A DNA stretch of 20,000 nt from Syntrophales bacterium (GTDB taxonomy: Bacteria > Desulfobacterota > Syntrophia > Syntrophales > UBA4778), in NCBI GenBank assembly GCA_963665615.2, contig CAXXQE010000001.1, positions 811,286-831,285 on the forward strand. Reading direction: 5' to 3'. Each line of letters opens with the position of its first letter. The stretch's first letter is position 1. The position numbers and the translations under genes were made by a program. The notes under the pieces were generated by a model. That model did not search any database, was not told the origin of the DNA, and worked only from the letters and a program-made list of their open reading frames with translations. Below are positions 15,320 to 20,000 of this stretch, piece after piece.

Positions 15320-15961
15320 ATGAAAGGAAGACGCGTTGTCGCTTGTAGTTGCGGATTGCTGCTGATGGTCTTTTGCATCGGTTGCCAGACGGGACCGGCT
15401 CCCAAAACGGTTTACTATACGCTGGCATATCCGGCCCCCCAGGTTCTCCTTCCATCCGGCGTTTCAGCAGTGCTTCGGTTGGAGCCGATTGCCACTTCGA
15501 CGGAAGCGATCGGACGGGATATGGTGTATCAGGATGATATGTATCGACGTGACATTTATCATTACAGCCGTTGGCTTCAGTCCCCGGCTGAAATGGTTCA
15601 GGGGTTGCTTCTGCGGGATTTGCGCACATCTGGCCTTTTCAAGGCGGTCTTATCCTCTGATGAGGCGGGCGCGACCCCCTATGTCCTCAACACGCGCTTG
15701 GAGGCTTTCCGGCTGACTGGTGGCCATGAGGGTAAACCGCAGGCCGCTCTGACAATCGTCGTGACAATGTTGGACAGTCATAGAAAGGGGCAAGCAGAAG
15801 GGATTCTCTTTCAAAAAACTTATAATATTATTGAGCCGATCGAATCGAGAGATCCGAATGATCTTGCCAGGGGAATGAGTGCCGCGATGTCTCGATTTTC
15901 CGAGGAGCTGCTGAGAGATGTGGCGGCGGCGAAGAAGTCAACAGTAAATAGTCAACAGTAA
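15320..15961 (+). CDS. ABC-type transport auxiliary lipoprotein (PqiC-like)
   Basis: Lipobox-like CIGC, YYTL and Y..SRW..SP..MV. Last gene of the mlaEFD operon. Confidence 0.85.
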   Translation: MKGRRVVACSCGLLLMVFCIGCQTGPAPKTVYYTLAYPAPQVLLPSGVSAVLRLEPIATSTEAIGRDMVYQDDMYRRDIYHYSRWLQSPAEMVQGLLLRDLRTSGLFKAVLSSDEAGATPYVLNTRLEAFRLTGGHEGKPQAALTIVVTMLDSHRKGQAEGILFQKTYNIIEPIESRDPNDLARGMSAAMSRFSEELLRDVAAAKKSTVNSQQ

Positions 15962-16041
15962 AGGGACCAAATGAGTCGAAGGCATGGCAGTCCGGTTCAA
16001 ATAAGCCTGTTCACTATTTACTGTTTACTATTTACTCCTCA
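15936..16041. repeat. Inverted pair of heptamer tracts between convergent genes
   Basis: agtcaac agtaaat agtcaac agtaaag (15936-15963) versus ctgttca ctattta ctgttta ctattta ctcctca (16007-16041). Each tract overlaps a stop codon. Confidence 0.75.
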
Positions 16042-17031
16042 CTTGAGCGCTTGATATTTTCTGGCGATCTCTTTAAAACTCGTCACCTGTTCATCGTCGA
16101 GGACGAAGGTGTATTTATAGCCGCCGCCGATCCGGACGGTGATCACTTCTGCTCTGGCTAAGCGGAGCATTTTTTCGTCGTCGTCGACCTCATTGTCGGA
16201 CCATTCAAGGATATGATCAGAGGTCATCTTGCTCATTTTATCTGGGTATTTACAGACAAATTCGAGTTGCACACCCTCTCCCTTTAGGCTGACCGTATCG
16301 AAGCTGATCCACTTGTTACCAACGTACTGTGTTTTCAGTCGGAGCACTTTCTTGCCGGAATAATGCTGCGCGATGTAAAGTTCGACGTAGAAGCTCTTGT
16401 TGCGATCGATTTGCTGTATGACCGAACGGGTCGTACGGTAATAGCGGGTTGATTGCGTGGAATCGTCCTCAATCAGGATGTGCTTGGTAGCCTCATCCTG
16501 CATTCTGAGATCGACGAGGTAGCTCTCCCGTTTGCGCATGAGTTTTTCGAGATCGGTCTCACTGAAGTATTTTTCTGAGGTTTCTTTGTCCAGTAGATCA
16601 ATCCGGGCCTTTGGTTCTTTCAATCCGTCGAGAGATTTCGTGAGCTTCTGATAATTGGCCGTTGCCATGGCGTTCATCTCTGCCAGCTTGTCCCACGCTG
16701 CGGTTGCAAATAGATCCGCCGGATATCGATCGGTCAATTTTTCGAACTGTTCCCTGGCCGCGTAATACTTGTTGGCTTCATACGAGGCCATCGCCTTTTC
16801 ATAGAGCATCTTTGCGCTCTTGCGGATCTGAGTCAGTTCCGCTGTCAAACGCTCGTTTTTTTCTCTCAACTCCGCGCTTTCAGCATTGCAGGTTGATCCC
16901 TTCCGATTGAGTTCCTCGTAGCGATTTTCAAGTTCGGTATTCCTCTTTTCCAGGTCTCGGTAGCTGTTCAAGGAAACACAGGAAGCCATCATTGATGAAA
17001 GGATCAGAAGCACGATAACGCGACGTTGCAT
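16039..17031 (-). CDS. Hypothetical lipoprotein with coiled coil and TPR-like segment
   Basis: ATG at 17031 with an AGGA RBS gives MQRRVIVLLILSSMMASC (signal peptide plus lipobox). Coiled coil, then LYEKAMASYEANKYYAAREQFEKLTDRYP (BamD/YbgF-like TPR). C-terminal domain not recognised. Confidence 0.75.
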   Translation of the reverse strand: MQRRVIVLLILSSMMASCVSLNSYRDLEKRNTELENRYEELNRKGSTCNAESAELREKNERLTAELTQIRKSAKMLYEKAMASYEANKYYAAREQFEKLTDRYPADLFATAAWDKLAEMNAMATANYQKLTKSLDGLKEPKARIDLLDKETSEKYFSETDLEKLMRKRESYLVDLRMQDEATKHILIEDDSTQSTRYYRTTRSVIQQIDRNKSFYVELYIAQHYSGKKVLRLKTQYVGNKWISFDTVSLKGEGVQLEFVCKYPDKMSKMTSDHILEWSDNEVDDDEKMLRLARAEVITVRIGGGYKYTFVLDDEQVTSFKEIARKYQALK

Positions 17032-17107
17032 GGTTCGAGTCCTAAGCTGGAGAGTGTTTTGGAGATAGCATATTTCAGACGAGGACGCTATGAGAAAAGC
17101 ATTTAAT

Positions 17108-17219
17108 AGGCTTTTCAAGAAGGCTCATACACTGCGTTGCGCTTCGGCTTTCCTCGAAGATTTTTCAGAACAGGCGTATGCTCACACATGCTCAAAGCAC
17201 GTTCCGCTTTGAACAGCCT
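17108..17219. mobile_element. MITE-like element with AGGCTKTTCAA terminal inverted repeats
   Basis: aggcttttcaag (17108-17119) and tttgaacagcct (17208-17219), 10/12 inverted match; intergenic and non-coding. Confidence 0.45.
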
Positions 17220-17239
17220 CCATAAACGGGTTTATTCAG

Positions 17240-19246
17240 CTAAGGCGTATCCGTATATGGATTGACCGGTTGTTGAACTTGGGATTGGGAAGGAGGATCT
17301 GATGAAGGTGTGTAATCGTTTGGCAGATCCAGAACAGTCCGGACTTTTTTGGAAAGGTCCTTAATGTTGAAGGGCTTTTGCAGAAATGCCCTGCAGCCGC
17401 GCTCCATGATCTGTGCCGCCTGCCCCTTCAGGCTGTAACCGCTGGAAAGAATGACTTTGACATCTGGATTAATGGTTTTCAGGACATCGAACGTCTCGCC
17501 GCCGCTCATTTGGGGCATGATCATGTCCATAATCACCAGATCGATTTTATGTGTGTTGGCTCTGTAGATATCGATGGCCTCCTGACCACTTCCGGCGACC
17601 AGAACATTGTATCCGAGGGTTTCCAGGATTTCCCTGCTCACATCGGTGATGACTTCTTCGTCGTCCACTAAGAGAATGGTTTCGGTGCCCAGGAAGAGTT
17701 CATCGGTTCCCTTCTTATCTGCGAGGATGGGCTTATTCGACGCCGGCAGATAGATGTGAAAGGTTGAGCCATCACCTGGTTGACTGTCGACTGTAATGAT
17801 TCCGCCATGACCCTTGACAATGCCATAGGCCGAGGCCAGCCCAAGACCGGTACCGCGTCCCATTTCCTTGGTTGTAAAGAAGGGTTCGAAAATCCTCTGT
17901 TTTGTTTTATCATCCATCCCCATACCTGTATCCTGTACGGAAATTTTGACGTACTTGCCGGGTCTTATATCGTAAGACTTGCTAAAGTCCTCTCCGAGAA
18001 CGACATTTTCTGTCGAGATATAGAGGCAACCACCCCCAGGCATCGCTTGCCAGGCGTTGATGCACAGATTCAAGAGGGCCTGCTCAATCTGTCCCCTATC
18101 GATGTCGACCGTCCAAATGCCAGGCTGATACTGACACTGAATGGTGACTTCCTTGCGGGTTCGTCCGAAGAGCTCAGAGCTTTTTTGAATGAACTCATTG
18201 AGATCGACGGGTTTGACCTCATAGCGACCGCCGCGAGCAAATCCGAGGAGTTGTCTGGTGAGGTCCGAGGCGCTTCGAACGATCTCTTCAACGGCCTTGA
18301 GATGTTCCGCGTGGGGGTGTTGGGGATCGATGTTCATCAGCATGAGAGATGTTCTGCCTTGGATGCCCATTAGAAGGTTGTTGAAATCATGCGCAATGCC
18401 GCCAGCGAGCGTGCCGATGGCTTCCAGCTTGTGGGCCTGCCGCAGGTCCGCTTCCAGACGCTTTCGGGAACTGATATCGCTGATGATAACAATCAGTTTG
18501 CTTTCTTCATCTCTGATGGGTGTGATCTTGATGGATACATCCTTGCCGTTGATCAGGTTGAACTCGTTCTTTAGTCCGTCGGCTTTTCCCTGCCTGCGAA
18601 TCAGTTGCAAAACTTTTGGGACATCCTGGTCATTGAAAAGGTCGAGAAAATCTGATCCAAGAAGGTCCACCTCCAGTAAGTCGGTAATTGCAATGGCTTC
18701 CGGGTTGGCGTAAACGATCTTGGTACGTGAGGTTATTTCGAGAATGCCTTCGGCGATGCTAGAGAGAATAATCTCCAGATGTTTTTTGACGGAAAGCAAC
18801 TCACGGGTAATTTCGCGGGGGAAAACATCCTCGGTGCCGATGACGTTATTTTCATACAAGCGGTGATCGGTCTCGAATCGCTTGAGTAACTGGAGGATTT
18901 TTTGGGACATACTGGGGAAAGGGCCCTTGGCGATACAGGCATTAGCGCCCCACTCCGTAAAATCTACCTCCAGCTCTGCCGCCAGGCCGCTCAGGATAAT
19001 GAGGACTACGTCGCAAAGATGTGGCATGCCGCGAATGATTCTGCAGAGTTTTTCTCCATCAATATTCGGCATGACGAGATCGACGAAGATAACATCCGGT
19101 TTGAACGTCCTCAAGATTTGAAGGACGGCCAGTCCGTCTTCTGCAGTGACAACTTCGTATCCCTGTTTCTGCAGAAAGACATTGAGCAGTTTCAGCAAAA
19201 TGGGATTATTGTCGACAACCAGTATCTTCTTCATTTGCGGTGTCAT
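17240..19246 (-). CDS. Hybrid sensor histidine kinase (REC-PAS-HisKA-HATPase-REC)
   Basis: N-terminal REC (ILVVD, FVDLVMP), PAS (YANP), H-box AGGIAHDFNNLL, N-box NLCINA, DTGMGM, FEPFFTTK..G.GTGLGL, and C-terminal REC (LVDDE, MDMIMP, QKPF). Confidence 0.95.
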   Translation of the reverse strand: MTPQMKKILVVDNNPILLKLLNVFLQKQGYEVVTAEDGLAVLQILRTFKPDVIFVDLVMPNIDGEKLCRIIRGMPHLCDVVLIILSGLAAELEVDFTEWGANACIAKGPFPSMSQKILQLLKRFETDHRLYENNVIGTEDVFPREITRELLSVKKHLEIILSSIAEGILEITSRTKIVYANPEAIAITDLLEVDLLGSDFLDLFNDQDVPKVLQLIRRQGKADGLKNEFNLINGKDVSIKITPIRDEESKLIVIISDISSRKRLEADLRQAHKLEAIGTLAGGIAHDFNNLLMGIQGRTSLMLMNIDPQHPHAEHLKAVEEIVRSASDLTRQLLGFARGGRYEVKPVDLNEFIQKSSELFGRTRKEVTIQCQYQPGIWTVDIDRGQIEQALLNLCINAWQAMPGGGCLYISTENVVLGEDFSKSYDIRPGKYVKISVQDTGMGMDDKTKQRIFEPFFTTKEMGRGTGLGLASAYGIVKGHGGIITVDSQPGDGSTFHIYLPASNKPILADKKGTDELFLGTETILLVDDEEVITDVSREILETLGYNVLVAGSGQEAIDIYRANTHKIDLVIMDMIMPQMSGGETFDVLKTINPDVKVILSSGYSLKGQAAQIMERGCRAFLQKPFNIKDLSKKVRTVLDLPNDYTPSSDPPSQSQVQQPVNPYTDTP

Positions 19247-19276
19247 TTACGTTATCAGCAGTTTATCTTTCGACCA

Positions 19277-19588
19277 CTATACATATGCCGAAAGGACATC
19301 GATTTTTGCCTTAAGGTTGGCGTATCCATCTTCAACTCCTGCGAGAGAGTCTTGTCGTGCATTCAATTCAATGCTTTTGGCAATCTCTGCGATCTCCTCA
19401 AAGCCGAGGTTTACGGCCGCTCCCTTGATCGAATGACTGACTTCGAATACTTGTTTGGCATCTCTCGCGGCAATGGCCGAGCATAATTTCGCGAGATCTT
19501 CCTGGGAAACCTGAATGAAGAGCTGAACGATTTCCTCTAGCTCCTGTTCACTCAATCCCATTTTTTCTGCTGTTTCCTTGATATCCAT
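19277..19588 (-). CDS. Hpt (histidine phosphotransfer) domain protein
   Basis: HSIKGAAVNLG motif. ATG at 19588 with an AAGGA RBS. Confidence 0.9.
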   Translation of the reverse strand: MDIKETAEKMGLSEQELEEIVQLFIQVSQEDLAKLCSAIAARDAKQVFEVSHSIKGAAVNLGFEEIAEIAKSIELNARQDSLAGVEDGYANLKAKIDVLSAYV

Positions 19589-19596
19589 GTTCGTCC

Positions 19597-20000
19597 TTAA
19601 GACCACTTTTTGATCATTTTCAGAACTTGCTCCTGGTTGACGGGTTTTATCAGGATGTCGTTCATCCCGGCGTCAAAGCAGATGTCGTGATCTTCTGGCA
19701 ATGCACTGGCCGTTAAAGCAATAATCGGAATTTTATCAAATCCCTTTAGCCTGATATGTCTCGTCGCTTCGATTCCATCCATCTCCGGCATCTGCAGGTC
19801 CATGAATATCAGATCATAGGTATTCGATGCAATATTAAATTTTTCAACTACTTCAAGACCATTTTGCGCGATTTCCACTTCGTAACCGACTTTGGTGAGC
19901 ATGGTCTTGAGAAGTCTTTGGTTAATGAGATTGTCCTCAGCTAACACGATGCGACGCGGGGCTTCAACATGCTTGACGGTGGGTCGCTGTACGTTCGCGT
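19597..20000 (-). CDS. C-terminal receiver domain, probably of a hybrid histidine kinase (5' partial)
   Basis: The frame stays open to the window end (...VEAPRRIVLAEDNLINQ). Motifs FMDLQMPEMDG, PIIALTA and AGMND.L.KP. Confidence 0.88.
   Translation of the reverse strand, partial: ANVQRPTVKHVEAPRRIVLAEDNLINQRLLKTMLTKVGYEVEIAQNGLEVVEKFNIASNTYDLIFMDLQMPEMDGIEATRHIRLKGFDKIPIIALTASALPEDHDICFDAGMNDILIKPVNQEQVLKMIKKWS

Noticed and set aside
17032..17118. N-terminal extension of the lipoprotein ORF to 17118
   Set aside because: It begins inside the MITE-like repeat. ATG 17031 has an RBS and gives a proper signal peptide.

Overview
This is a bacterial window, most consistent with a Desulfobacterota (deltaproteobacterial, possibly Syntrophales-like) genome; that assignment is inferred from gene content (ahbD/ahbA, PEP-CTERM, hybrid kinases). 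It opens with an AT-rich, 5'-truncated Sir2-STAND NTPase-TPR-(cold-shock/OB-like) gene that is probably an Avs/NLR-type antiphage protein. Small housekeeping genes follow (YaiI, acyl-CoA thioesterase, YciH/SUI1), then a sigma-54-controlled PEP-CTERM gene, a CBM9/DOMON-like protein, and the alternative heme genes ahbD-ahbA. Next come a small GIY-YIG nuclease, polA (proofreading motifs degenerate), an mlaE-mlaF-mlaD-PqiC-like ABC operon and, on the minus strand, a lipoprotein and a phosphorelay cluster (hybrid kinase, Hpt, partial receiver). The intergenic DNA is rich in repeats: GTCAT-tagged REP-like palindromes, MITE-like elements and oriented 7-nt tandem tracts. The most notable structure is the GIY-YIG gene, which sits inside an inverted REP pair and is bracketed by two ~140-bp REP-spacer-REP direct repeats. 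An 'empty' copy of the same REP pair lies 5 kb upstream, suggesting a GIY-YIG-associated REP element analogous to RAYT/REPtrons.
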